From Eledone cirrhosa (taxonomy: Eukaryota), in the NCBI GenBank assembly GCA_964016885.1, contig OZ024748.1, forward strand, positions 31,558,001-31,622,000: DNA of 64,000 bases, written 5' to 3'. Every line of letters starts with the position of its first letter. Position 1 is the stretch's first letter. Below the pieces are notes generated by a model that was not told the origin of the DNA, did not search any database, and worked only from the letters and a program-made list of their open reading frames with translations. Positions 14,611 through 27,925 of this stretch are shown in pieces. A program made the translations under genes and the position numbers.

Positions 14611-17600
14611 ATATTTCGTTTCTGAATTTGTTTAGCAAGATTCTTTATCTGAAATCGTGTGTTGAAACCGATATTGTTATACTTTGGGAGGGTCATGTTG
14701 CCAATAAGAAACACACGCACCAGCTGCTTTCATTTAAATTTATTATAATAAATTTATAAATTTAGGAATTTATAAATTTCTGGTTGGTTGGTTGGTTCCA
14801 CAACCAGATAGTTGTTTATATATTGTCAACATCACTACTTACAATTAAAGACAAATTGAAAACACACACACACATAGAACAAACAACCAACCGGTAACAT
14901 GTAAATAAACAAATAAATAAACGAATATAAAGACACACAGACACCCGGATGCGGCGCATGCGCACACTGAGCACACAACACACACACAGAAACAAAATGG
15001 CGTAGGATAGAACAAAGGAGAGGCACAAAAACAAAGAAAAGTATCCCCAGTCACTGAAGAGGTCACAGAATGTGTGACGAAAGAACTTTGACAATATATA
15101 AACAACTATCTGGTTGTGGAACCAACCAACCAACCAGAAATTTATAAATTTATAAATTCCTAAATTTATTATAATAAATTGAAATGAAAGCAACTGGTGC
15201 GTGTGTTTCTTATTGGCAACATGACCCTCCCAAAGTATAACAATATCGGTTTCAGCACACGATTTCAGATAAAGAATCTTGCTAAACAAATTCAGAAACG
15301 AAATATCGTAAGCCTTAGCCAGGCTAACAAGATATAGAAAACCACCATGTTCTGTTGTCTACGAAAAACCATAACATCTCGACAACTACACTTCATAAAA
15401 GAATGTGCCTCGTCCCGAGTTTACACCAACACCATCAACACCGACGTAAGAAGATTACAACTCACCAAAAAACAAGCAGATAGGCTAAAACGAACACTAA
15501 TTCTAAACATAAAAAAGAAGATCTATAGAGAATTAAGTGATCAAGAAAAACATAAGCGTAACCTAATACAAGAAATAACTAGGATCACCATACCAAGAGA
15601 GAAACTAATATTTATAAGCCTTATACGTCCTGAAGAACAGTACATTGCTCAAGAATATGATTAGCACTTTAACAAAAAACTAAAAAGTGTCTTAAGCAGA
15701 TAAAACTAAAACTAAATCAGGATACTGTAGAGAATACCAATAGATATCCCGACAAAATTGACGGTATAAATATGGCCGACACCTCATTAACAGATGAGTT
15801 CAACAACAACAACAACACAAATATATACGGCAACACGGCAATAGACCCTGATGAATTATCTGTATTACTTCTACCACCGAAATGTGCGACATTCAAGAAT
15901 GTAAATATGATTAGTTGTCTGTCAGAAATAGAAAAATCATTTACAAAATTACGTTGGAGCCTCAAAAACAAAAACAAAAACAAAAGTAACAACATACGTA
16001 CACACATATACAACACACATCCCAACAACAACAGACACACAGACACAAACAACAATAACAACAACACACACACCAACAATAATATCATACTCAGAAACAA
16101 CAACAACAGACACGCAGACACAAACAACAATAACAACACACACAACAATAATAACACACACGGAGACAACAACAACAACAACACACATCAACAACAGCAC
16201 ACATCAACAACAACAACACACACACATTCAATGCTTCTCACCACCACAACAATCTTAACAAACACACAGACACAGAAAACAAGTAATGACAGTAGCACAG
16301 AAATCACAGAAATAAGGGAAAGTAATAGGATTAAAAGGAGAAGGGAGACTATGGACAAAGAAAATAACCAAGACGAACCCACAGACACACAAAATAGAGT
16401 AGATAATAACAATGAGCCAGTGGAAAGAGACAAGAGTAATTATGAGAGACATAGAAACAACCATGAGGCTGTTGGTTGAAATAGAAATAGAAACAACACA
16501 ACTAACAATAACAATAGCACTAGTACACATAAAGCAGCAGCCTGGAACTCTACTTTTTATAATCCCTCCGATAAGTCGTTCGACCTGCGACGAGTCCACG
16601 CTACGACTTTACCATTTAACAAACGCACGCAATTGCCGTCGCAGGTCGATGAACAAACAGAAGCACAATTTAGTATAGCTAAATCCGAACTTAGAAATAT
16701 TATAGAACAGTATAGCAAGAAGCATAATAGAATGGAGGCCCAGCAACTGGGAGAAAAATCTGCAAATGGCTTGCGTAAGCTCATGCAGCGCTCGCGTAAT
16801 GGAGAGATAGCATGCTTTCCAACAGACAAGTCTGGCAGAATGTCGGTTGACAGCCTGCCAAACTACATCCAGGCAATGCAACCCCACATCACTAACACAA
16901 GAGAGGTAACACCGCAGGAGCATGAGGATAGAGAAAAAGCCCTCAATGCCCATATGGTGATGTGGACGAATATAATGCAGCCCAACAAAAGGACTGCCAA
17001 CAACTTCCAGACCTGGAACAATGACGTGCCGGCGTTGTATGGGCTTCAAAAAGACCATAAAACGGGCAGTGACCCTGTCACCGGACCACCAACAAGACCA
17101 GTCTGTGGAGCTAACATTGCTAGTAACTACAGACTGTCCTACTTCCTCTCCCTGATCATACGCCCCATCATTGAAATGTTCCCAGATGTATGTGACAGCA
17201 CGGAGGACCTCCTCAGCAGAATCGACGAGAGTAACCGATCTAGGGACCTAACAAACTGTATAATAGGTAGTATGGATGTTGTGTCCCTGTATCCATCTAT
17301 TGACGTGGATTTTGCTGTGGAGAAATGCGTAGAAATGATCAGTGAGAGCAATGTTGAGTTCCGTGGGATTGATACCAGTGAGCTGGGACTCCTACTTAAA
17401 CTTACCTATAGTAATAATTACCTAGACACATATGACCTTAGCAACCTGTGCCCTACAAGACCAGCAAGAGGCAGACCACCTACCATTACCTCAATGGCCA
17501 AGAAAACCCACACAGATAGATGGACCAGAGCCAAACGGACACCCAAAAACCACGATGAACTGAAGAAAATGATTGCACATGCGGTAGGAGCCAGCATAGA

Positions 17601-19295
17601 ACTAACCCTTAAGGAACATATGTTCAAATTTAATGGAAAAACATATGCCCAAGAGGAAGGAGCAGCCATTGGTGTTAGCATTGCAGGCGACATAGCTAAC
17701 TTATTCATGGTATGGTGGGACAGTAGACTTAAACTTAAAGAACAATTAGAAGATCCCTTAACCCTGATAATGTACTCCCGCTACGTTGATGATATAAACA
17801 TCGTAGTTAAAACACCCCCACTAGAGAACAGTCAGGAATTAGAGAAATACAATGGAAAGCATCCAGCAAATAGCTAACTCCATCCACCAGAGTATTAGAG
17901 TTACTATAGACTACCCAAGCAAACACCCCAACCATCGATTACCTGTACTAGACACAGAGCTCTGGTTAGATACCATTAATAACAAAAGAAAAAACCTCCA
18001 TTCCCATTATTCCAAACCCATGACTTCCAAATATCTGATCCACCGAAACTCAGCTGTTTCGGACCATACCAAAATCAACATACTGATTGCAGATTTGGTA
18101 CGGGTGATGAGAAACGTGTCCCGCATGTGCAACCCCGAAGAACGAGAGAGACACATACAACACTTCATCCACCGTATGCAGTTCTCTGGTTACAATCAGA
18201 GAGATAAAATCAGAGTGTATAGAGGAGCCAGAACCAAATGGGAAAAAATGGGAAATAATGACACAAATGGGACCTGCCCCTTGTATAGGAGCAAATTTTG
18301 GAATAGAATAGAAAGAACTAGGAATAAGGCTAATAGAATAAACTCATGGTATGATAGCAATAAATACCAGAGTATAATGTTCATCGATACAACCCCTAGA
18401 GGTGAATTAGCTTACAAATTTAGAAGAGCCCTAGATAAACATAAACTCAATATTAAGATAGTAGAAAGACCAGGTACCTCCGTAAAAACACTTATTAGCA
18501 AAACATACTCTTTTCAAAGACCCCCCTGTATAGATAAGAAATGTATAACCTGTAAAATAAGCCCCCATATTAACTGTAAAACTAGAAATGTAGTGTATAG
18601 CATAAGATGTACTGAAGGACAATGTAGAGACAAAAATATAGTGTACATAGGTGAGACAGCTCGTAGTGTAGGGGAACGGATAAATGAACACTGGCGAGAC
18701 CTTCAAGATAGTAAAGAATCATCTGTACTCTACCAACATGCTAAAGTAGTACATAAGGGAAAATTAGAGAACATAGAAATAAAAATAGAATCTACACACA
18801 GAAAAGACGCAATGTTTAGACAAATCACAGAGGCAATAAACATAAAAGAATTACAACCAAAATTAAATAGAAAATATGAGTGGAACAGCAACATCACAAC
18901 TTACAATTAAGGACAAAATGAAAACACACAACCAACTGGTAACATGTAAATAAACAAATAAATAAACGAATATAAACACACACAGACACCCGGATGCGGC
19001 GCATGCGCACACTGAGCACACAACACACACACAGAAACAAAATGGCGTAGGACAGAACAAAGGAGAGGCACAAAAACAAAGAAAAGAATCCCCAGTCACT
19101 GAAGAGGTCACAGAATGTGTGACGAAAGAACTTTGACAATATATAAACAACTATCTGGTTGTGGAACCAACCAACCAACCAGAAATTTATAAATTTATAA
19201 ATTCCTAAATTTATAAATTTATTATAATAAATTGAAATGAAAGCAACTGGTGCGTGTGTTTCTTATTGGCAACATGACCCTCCCAAAGTATAATA

Positions 19296-19298
<3 letters not shown>
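14611..19298 (+). mobile_element. Full-length PLE family A: inverted pLTR (14611-14829), 5' pLTR, ORF, 3' pLTR
   Basis: Direct repeats of about 410 bp (14827-15246, 18889-19298) each with an HHR, plus a 5' inverted partial repeat; classic Penelope layout; (TA)n-rich tracts on both sides. Confidence 0.93.
15221..18910 (+). pseudogene. PLE-A single ORF (N-terminal region, RT, C-terminal GIY-YIG) with stops and frameshifts
   Basis: ATG 15221 (MTLPKYNN) is in frame with 15347; 15772 and 16633 are in frame across one TGA; motifs SMDVVSLYPSID, QEEGAAIG, RYVDD, LPVLD, VVYSIRC..YIGETARS..ERINEH. Confidence 0.9.
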
Positions 19299-19326
<28 letters not shown>

Positions 19327-19327
19327 T

Positions 19328-19380
<53 letters not shown>

Positions 19381-19582
19381 TATATACACACACACACATA
19401 TATACACACACACACATATATAAATTATAAATAAATAAATACAGACACAGAGAACCACACAAATACCCACACACACACACGCATATATATATATATATAC
19501 ATATATACACACATACACATATATATATATACATATATATACACATACACATATATATATATACATACACACATACACACAT

Positions 19583-19623
<41 letters not shown>

Positions 19624-19638
19624 TATACACATACACAT

Positions 19639-20170
19639 ATGGTGGCTGCCAACTCGTTTTCGAGTACGGCCACTACTTTATATCCATGTAGGAGAACCCC
19701 TACCGATGCGCTGAATAAGTGTGACTTTTTAGTCCAGCCAGCGACTTGAAAACTACACTTGTGACAATTATTGACACATAGTGCTGGGCCCATGGTAGCA
19801 TGTGACGACAAGTGCAGAGAGATCTCCAGATATAAAGCAATGCCTGTGCTGTGAAGCTTTTATAGTGAGCAAAGGCACTGCATCTTAACCAAGATGATAT
19901 TTACCAAAAAGAAGAACAAGTCAACATCATTGGAAACCATCAGGGTTGCAGGTGTTATATCAGAGTTTTCCTTCTAGAATTCTGCCTTGACAAAGGCTAA
20001 GCGGTCATCTCTCCTGACAGGTTTTGTTTTTAGTCCTGCAGGATGTCCAAAGTCACCCTCCTCACCAAGAAACCTTGGTGGGGTTGCCAGTTTAGTCGCC
20101 AACGACCCGACCATGGGACAGGTTGTACTGGGATACATGTTACCAGTAGCACCAACTGGTGACCTGACAT
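19639..20170 (-). mobile_element. Possible RTE-like 5' UTR or SINE fragment
   Basis: Recognition only (GAAGGAAAACTCTGA, GTCGTTGGCGACTAAACTGGCAAC); no ORF support. Confidence 0.35.
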
Positions 20171-20692
20171 ACAGCGACCCACTCCCTCCTGCTCCGCAAA
20201 GAGAGCAAAAGAGAAAAAGCAAACGGGGCGAGCGAACGAGGCGGCCGCTTTCTCGAAAGCCGATCAGAAATTTTAATGGATATTAAAAAAACCAACCTAA
20301 GCATATACGAACGGCGCTGCGGCTGATAAAGGAACACGCGCGTTTGTCCCGTCCCCGCCTGTTAGCCGTGCCTGGGACGATGAAAACCACCGCCGAGCGA
20401 CGGGCCCGGTCGAGAGAAGCGCTGTTTTCGGAAACCCGCTTCGAAAGCGAACCGGGACGCAGCTCTGCGACCTGCGGACACCGCGCGCCTGACGGGAACG
20501 GGTCGCGACGACGGATCGAAGGGGAAGTGCGTCCGATGCCGGCACCCCGCGAATCGTAACGCCGGCGAGGCGGTCGGCGGTCGACTCGTCGAAACGAGAG
20601 ACCGCCGCCGACGCGATCGCCGACGACGACGGCGCCTTAAAACAGCAGCGGACTGAGTCCCCTCGCGATCGCGGTGAACGGTCCTACCCGTA
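20171..20692. other. GC/CpG-rich hairpin-rich segment of unknown origin
   Basis: Sharp composition change; hairpins such as GGCGGCGGTC..CTCGT-TTCG-ACGAG..GACCGCCG on the minus strand. Confidence 0.6.
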
Positions 20693-20849
20693 CACATATA
20701 TATATATATATCCATACATATATATACACATACACATATATATATATATACATACACACATACACACATATATATATATATATATATACATATATATATA
20801 CACATACACATATATATACATACACACACACATATATATAAATATACAT

Positions 20850-20930
<81 letters not shown>

Positions 20931-21059
20931 TACATGTGTACACATACACACACATACATATACATACACATACATATACATACACATACATATACCCACA
21001 TACACACAAATATATACACATACAAATAAATAAGTACTCAATAAATATACGCATATACA

Positions 21060-23008
21060 CAGGCACATAAAAACAGCTCTACAGGCAGAAAATGCAGATA
21101 GGTAAGAGGTACTCACATAATGCAGATAGGTAAGAGGTACTCACATAATGCAGAGAAGTAAGAGGTACTCACATAACCATAGTGGCCGTATTTCAGGTTG
21201 AGGAGGGGTGGGGTAGGGTGGGATGGAGGTTTAGGTGCCAATAGGAGGAGGTCGTTTTTGGCCATCGGGCTTTAACACTGGCTTAAAGTATTTGAAAGTT
21301 GTAAAGTTCTTGTGCATGCAGTTCGGGCAGTGTTCAGAGAGTTTGTTCAGTAGCGGGCCCTTGGCGAATAAAATTTCGTAGCTTGGTGACATACAAAGTT
21401 CGCAGCCCTTGTGTCCTCCGTTGTAAGAGCGCGCTTTCTGGAGTATTTTACATTTAAGCGTGAAGGGGGTGGAGTTCCTTTTGAGGTTCCAAACATAGGA
21501 GGCGAGTGTTGTCTGGTTTGATTTGTCCGGTCTTCTGAAGGAGTGGGTATGGGCATACCAACGGGTCTTAAAGTTGTTGTAGGTCATGCCGATGTAAGTT
21601 TTTTTGCAATCATCAGGGCCTGAGATGACATCGCATTTGTATACGATATCATTTGTGAGGCATTTGTTTTCGAGTGGGCATGCTTCCTTATTTAGGCAAT
21701 TACACAGAGCCCCAGTCCGGGCATTGGGTTCGGAGGTGGTTGGCTTATTTAATTTTTTAGAATTGTGGTTGGCTATATTCCTAGCTAGGTTAGGTGTGGT
21801 GGAGTAGGAGAGTTTTATTGTTTTCTTGTTAAAGATGGTGTGGTACCTATGTTGTATGGGGAAGTGTAATTTCAGCAAAGTGAAGAAAATCCTAGCTATC
21901 GGTGTAGAGACCTCTCTATTGAAGGGAGGGTTGTACCAGCTAATCAGCCTATGTCTATTCCTCCTCTGCAATCTTGCGGTGGTTTCTAGGTATATTATCT
22001 TTTCTTTAAATCCGCTGCGGGCGAGGGCGTCATTGTAGTAGGAGGCAGATGCGTTAAAAAATCTTTGTTGGCGGAGAGGCCAGATATTCTAATAGAGACG
22101 CTTTTTACTAGGTTATCAGTGATGTTTTGGGGGTGGTTTGAATTAACATTAATATATCTAAGGGACTCGTTAGGTTTCTGGTACGGGTAATAGAGGGAAG
22201 TATCTAGGTCGAGAGTGACATCTAAGAAGTTGGCCCTAGTCAAATTAGATTCTATAATTATACTAAATCCTAGATTAGAGAAGAATGAGCTTAAGTTTTT
22301 CCGAAACTCATCGGTGGTTCTGGGGTTAACCGTGTGCAGGGCGAAGAAGCCGTCGTCTCGGTATAAACCTCCGGTTAGGCCGGTAAAGAGGTTCTTCAGG
22401 TGATGTAGGATGTACAAGCCCACAAGGTCGCTAATTTCAGCCGAGTCACTCGCTCCCATGCTAACGTCAATTGGGGTCTGAGATTTCTTGTTGATCCAGT
22501 AAGATCCATCGTGGTATAGAAAGGTCTTACGGGCGTGGAGGATAACAACTTGCTCAGCATCGGTAATGGTGGTAAAATTCCTGGCAAAGTTAATTGCGTC
22601 CTTCAGGAGGGGCTCCGAGATAGAGGCATAGTAGTTTTCAATGTCGAGCTGCAGGAAACGAGTGTGGTGTTTGTCGGGTAATTCTTGGAACCTTATTGCC
22701 TCAGATGTTCTGCTCCAGAGTGGAAGTGGTAAGGCAGCCCGCAATGATGGTAGAACTCTATCCAGGAACTTCTTACTGATAGAGCCGATGTCTGAACGAG
22801 TGGGGTTGATAAGTATGACTGATGGTTTGTTGAGGAAGTTTCCCTTATGGTCATTCAGGGTAAAGTGCGGTTCGGTCGCGTAATTTAAGGGACTTGGCGA
22901 TTTCTTTTCCGGCTGCGTTTGTCTCAGTCAGTGCCATCTCTATTACCTTTTTGTAGGTGGTCGTGGTGGCATTTTTTGCCAGCTTATTGTAGGTCTGTGG
23001 GTCTACCT
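21060..23008 (-). mobile_element. PLE family B1 (YRDD type, possibly Hydra clade), 5'-truncated and frameshifted; coding remnant 21231-23008
   Basis: QLDIENYYASI, MGASDSAE, GLYRDD, NFLDVTL, WYNPPFN, CNC..CPLENKC, IVYKC..YIGMT..FKTRW; about 28-bp tandem repeat x3 in the 3' UTR (21091-21177). Confidence 0.88.
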
Positions 23009-23020
23009 CATATATATATG

Positions 23021-23052
<32 letters not shown>

Positions 23053-23065
23053 TATATGTATATAT

Positions 23066-23097
<32 letters not shown>

Positions 23098-23110
23098 GTA
23101 TATATATGTG

Positions 23111-23141
<31 letters not shown>

Positions 23142-23144
23142 GTG

Positions 23145-23175
<31 letters not shown>

Positions 23176-23190
23176 GTATATATATATATG

Positions 23191-23221
<31 letters not shown>

Positions 23222-23385
23222 GTATATATATATATGTATATGTATATATATATATGTATATGTATATATATATGTATATATATGTATATATATATATGTA
23301 TATATATATGTATATATATATATGTATATATATATGTATATATATATATGTATATATATATGTATATATGTATATATATATATGT

Positions 23386-24923
23386 ATCAAACAACCCCGC
23401 ACTCGATGCCTTCGAGCTGGACCTTATGAACATGATAAGTGAAACTAAATTTAAAAAAAGAACAAATCACAACAAATTGCAAAATGACTTAAATACATTA
23501 CTTAAAAAACTAAAAGACACTAACGGTGTCATAGTAAAAGCAGACAAAACATCAAACGTATACTCTATGGACATTAACACATACAATAACTTTATTCAGC
23601 GTGAACTACATAAAAAATATAAAAAAACTAATGAATCTACACTCACCAGCATAAACATGGAGGGCCTCAAGATAGTTAATAAACTCGGAATTTCAGATAG
23701 GATCGAACCGCTTACCCCGTGCAACCCTACATTTAACCTGAAAGATCACAAAAATAACTTTGAAACTAATCCCACCATTAGATTAATATGCCCATCCAAG
23801 TCAGACATAGGTAAAATTAGCAAAAACATTCTAGATAGGGTAATCGCACAAATAAAGGGTAAACTAGAAATCAATTTATGGGGCAACACTAACGAGGCAA
23901 TTAAATGGTTCAATAAAATACAAAATAGGGAGACGTGTAACTTCATACAATTTGATATAGACGACTATTATGCATCCATATCCCCAGCTACCCTAGATAA
24001 GGCGCTTATATTTGCCCAAAATAACTCTAATCTTACCCATGATGAAATTGAAATAATAATAGCGGCTAGAAGGACTATCGTAAAATTTGAAAATAACTAC
24101 TGGGTAAGAAAGGATAGAATAAATAGCTTCGATATTACAATGGGATCAAATGATTCTGCGCAAATTACAGATATCGTGGGGCTATTCATAGCACACAACC
24201 TACATAAGGAATTCAGTAACCTCCAAGGAGGAATTTATAGGGACGACACGTTACTTATAGCTAGGAACCTAAACAACCAGAGCATGGAAAGACTAAGGAA
24301 AAATATTAGAATATTCTTCAAAAAACTAGGCCTAAGTATTACCTACGAACTAAACCATAAGAAGGTAAATTTTCTAGATGTAACTCTAAATCTAAATACT
24401 GGATTAATAGAACCTTTCCACAAAAATAATGAAAATCTTGCCTACATTAGTTACAACTCAAATCGCCCCAAATCCATAATTAAATCCGTAGCACGTAGTA
24501 TATCCCTCCGAATATCCCGCCTATCCTCAAACCTAGAAATCTTTAACGAGCATGCTGACTATTATAATGCAGCATTAAGTAGGGCCCGTCATAAAGATAA
24601 ACTACAGTATATAGTGAATAAGGACAACATAAACAATCCTAGTAATTTCTACTCCAACCGCTCACATAATAATAGGAATAGCTTGACTAGACATAGGGTT
24701 AGACATGTAACACCTAGAGTAAACGGCCAAAACACTAATAACGTAAACCCTAGAAACAATAGAAGAAACAGACAAAGAAAATACCTATGGTTCAACCCAA
24801 TATTCAACTCCTCTATAAAAACTAGACTGCCCTCTACATTCTTTAAACTAATAGATAAACACTTCCCTATCTCGCATAGATATCACAAAATACTCAATAG
24901 ATCTACTATAAAACTCTCTTTCT
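23386..24923 (+). mobile_element. PLE family B2 RT fragment (open frame, truncated at both ends)
   Basis: [43 protein letters not shown]; near-identical to the minus copy at 33717-35046. Confidence 0.9.
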
Positions 24924-24924
24924 T

Positions 24925-26566
24925 GACATAGCTAACTTATTCATGGTATGGTGGGACAGTAGACTTAAACTTAAACTTAAAGAACAATTAGAAGACAGCT
25001 TAACCCTGATAATGTACTCCCGCTACGTAGATGATATAAACATCGTAGTTAAGACACCCCCACTAGAGAACAGTCAGGAACTAGAGAAAAACACAATGGA
25101 AAGCATCCAGCAAATAGCAAACTCCATCCACCAGAGCATTAGAGTTACTATAGACTACCCAAGTAGACACCCCAACTATCGATTACCTGTACTAGACACA
25201 GAGCTCTGGTTAGATACCATTAACAACCAAAAACAAATCCTCCATTCCCATTATGCCAAACCCATGACTTCCAAACATCTGATCCACCGAAACTCGGCCA
25301 TTTCGGACCATACCAAAATCAACATACTGATTGCGGATTTGGTACGGGTGATGAGAAATGTGTCCCGCATGTGCAACCCCGAAGAACACATACAACACTT
25401 CATCCACCGTATGCAGTTCTCTGGCTACAATCAGAGAGATAGAATCAGGGTGTATAGAGGAGCCAGAACCAAATGGGAAAAAATGGTAAATAATGACATA
25501 AATGGGACCTGCCCCTTGTATAGGAGCAAATTTTGGAATAGAATAGAAAGAACTAGGAACAAGGCCAATAGAATAAACTCATGGTATGATAGCAATAAAT
25601 ACCAGAGTGTAATGTTCATCGATACAACCCCTAGAGGTGAACTAGCCTACAAATTTAGAAGAGCCCTAAATAAACATAAACTCAATATTAAGATAGTAGA
25701 AAGACCAGGTACCTCCGTAAAAACACTTATTAGCAAGACATACCCGTTCCAAAGACCCTCATGTATAGATAAGAAATGTATAACCTGTAAAATAAGCCCC
25801 CATATTAACTGTAAAACTAGAAATGTAGTGTATAGCATAAGATGTACTGAAGGACAATGTAGAAACAAAAATATAGTGTACATAGGTGAGACAGCTCGTA
25901 GTATAGGGGAACGGATAAATGAACACTGGCGAGACCTTCAAGATAATAAAGAATCATCTGTACTCTACCAACATGCTAAGATAGAACACAAGGGTAAATT
26001 AGAGAACATAGAAATAAAAATAGAATCCACACACAGAAAAGATGCAATGTTTAGGCAAATTACAGCATAAAAGAATTACAACCAAAATTAAATAGAAAAT
26101 ATGAGTGGAACAGCAACATCACAACTTACAATTAAGGACAAAATGAAAACACACACACACCAAACCAACAACATGTAAATAACAAACAACCAACCAACAA
26201 CATGTAAATAAATAAACAAATAGATAAATGAACACAAACACACACAGACACCCAGATGTGGCGCATGCGCAAACTGAGCACACAACACACACACAGAAAC
26301 AAAATGGCGTAGGAAAGAAGAAAGGAAAGGCACAGAAACAAAGAAAGGAATCCCCAGTCACTGAAGAGGTCACAGAGTGTGTGACGAAAGGACTATGACT
26401 ATATATAAACAACTATCTGGTTGTGGAACCAACCAACCAACCAGAAATTTATAAGTTTGTAGATTTGTAAATTTATAAATTTATAAATATATAATAAATT
26501 GAAGTGAAAGCAACTGGTGCGTGTGTTTCTTATTGGCAACATGACCCTCCCAAAGTATAACAATAT
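24925..26566 (+). mobile_element. PLE family A 3' portion (RT C-terminus, GIY-YIG, pLTR with HHR)
   Basis: ORF 24943-26070 matches 17707-18830; pLTR ends in (TA)n. Confidence 0.92.
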
Positions 26567-26582
26567 ATATATATATATATAC

Positions 26583-26643
<61 letters not shown>

Positions 26644-26658
26644 TATACATATATATAT

Positions 26659-27108
26659 ACAAAAAAAGTTCATTATTTAACGATCGTTTCTAGGATATAT
26701 ATGTGTTAGAATTGGCATGCATATTCAACAGATCTATGTACAAAATTATACAAAATTATACAAACTATCAAAATTAAATATACATACCAAACACATATAT
26801 ATGCCGTCTTCAGAAATAATGAAATATATTTATTGATAATAACAACAATTCAAAATTTCAGGTCTGTTTGGGAACAGAATTCAAATTGACCAATGAAAAT
26901 ACAAAAAGTTTATGCAGTTAGGTGTGTGTATATACATGTAATTAACTTCGTTCACAGATATGCATAAAGATATGTGTTCACATGCATACGCATGCCAAAA
27001 AGATGTATGTAAATACAAAAATTCAAGGCTAATGTCTCTGTCAGTTTATAATCTACAGATAAAATGCGTATAGATACATAATTATAAAATAAATATATAC
27101 AACCTTCT
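26659..27108 (-). mobile_element. Non-coding HHR element, family D
   Basis: Repeated at 62196-62652 and 48386-48934; HHR on the minus strand. Confidence 0.8.
26669..26823 (-). ncRNA. Type-I hammerhead with very long stem II, family D (copies 48572-48723 -, 48726-48880 +, 62206-62360 -)
   Basis: UUCAUUAUUU-CUGAAGA-[about 115-nt hairpin incl. AUAUAUAUGUGUU/AACACAUAUAUAU]-GAAAC-GAUC-GUU^AAAUAAUGAA; 10-bp stem I; palindromic GAUC loop. Confidence 0.82.
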
Positions 27109-27218
27109 ATATATATATATATATATATATACATATATATATACATATATATATACATATATATATATACATATATATATACATATATATATATACATAT
27201 ATATATATACATATATAT

Positions 27219-27293
<75 letters not shown>

Positions 27294-27376
27294 CACATAT
27301 ATATATATACATATATATATATACACATATATATATACATGTATATATACACATATATATATACATGTATATATAC

Positions 27377-27438
<62 letters not shown>

Positions 27439-27441
27439 TAT

Positions 27442-27524
<83 letters not shown>

Positions 27525-27581
27525 TATATACATATATATATATACATATATATATACATATATATATATATATAATATATA

Positions 27582-27658
<77 letters not shown>

Positions 27659-27712
27659 CATATATTATATATATATACATATATATATACATATATATAT
27701 ATACATATATAT

Positions 27713-27761
<49 letters not shown>

Positions 27762-27764
27762 CAC

Positions 27765-27833
<69 letters not shown>

Positions 27834-27871
27834 TATATACATATATATATACATATATTATATATATATAC

Positions 27872-27922
<51 letters not shown>

Positions 27923-27925
<3 letters not shown>

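Noticed and set aside
16477-16479. In-frame TGA in PLE-A as selenocysteine (as in some Naiad PLEs)
   Set aside because: Lies in low-complexity G*NRNRN context, not a Cys position; CGA to TGA decay is simpler, and this copy has other stops and frameshifts
20085-20160. HDV-like ribozyme on the minus strand of the RTE-like fragment (CCAGT..TCG-TTGG-CGA-CTAA-ACTGG)
   Set aside because: P2/P4-like parts are visible but I could not build P1/P3 in the required order
20290-20320. AACCTAAGCATAT resembling the 5' end of 28S rRNA
   Set aside because: Match is too short and the flanks do not follow the conserved rRNA sequence
22919-23385. N-terminal part of the 670-aa ORF 22919-24931
   Set aside because: Read-through of antisense PLE-B1 and (TA)n; only 23386 onward is PLE-B2 RT
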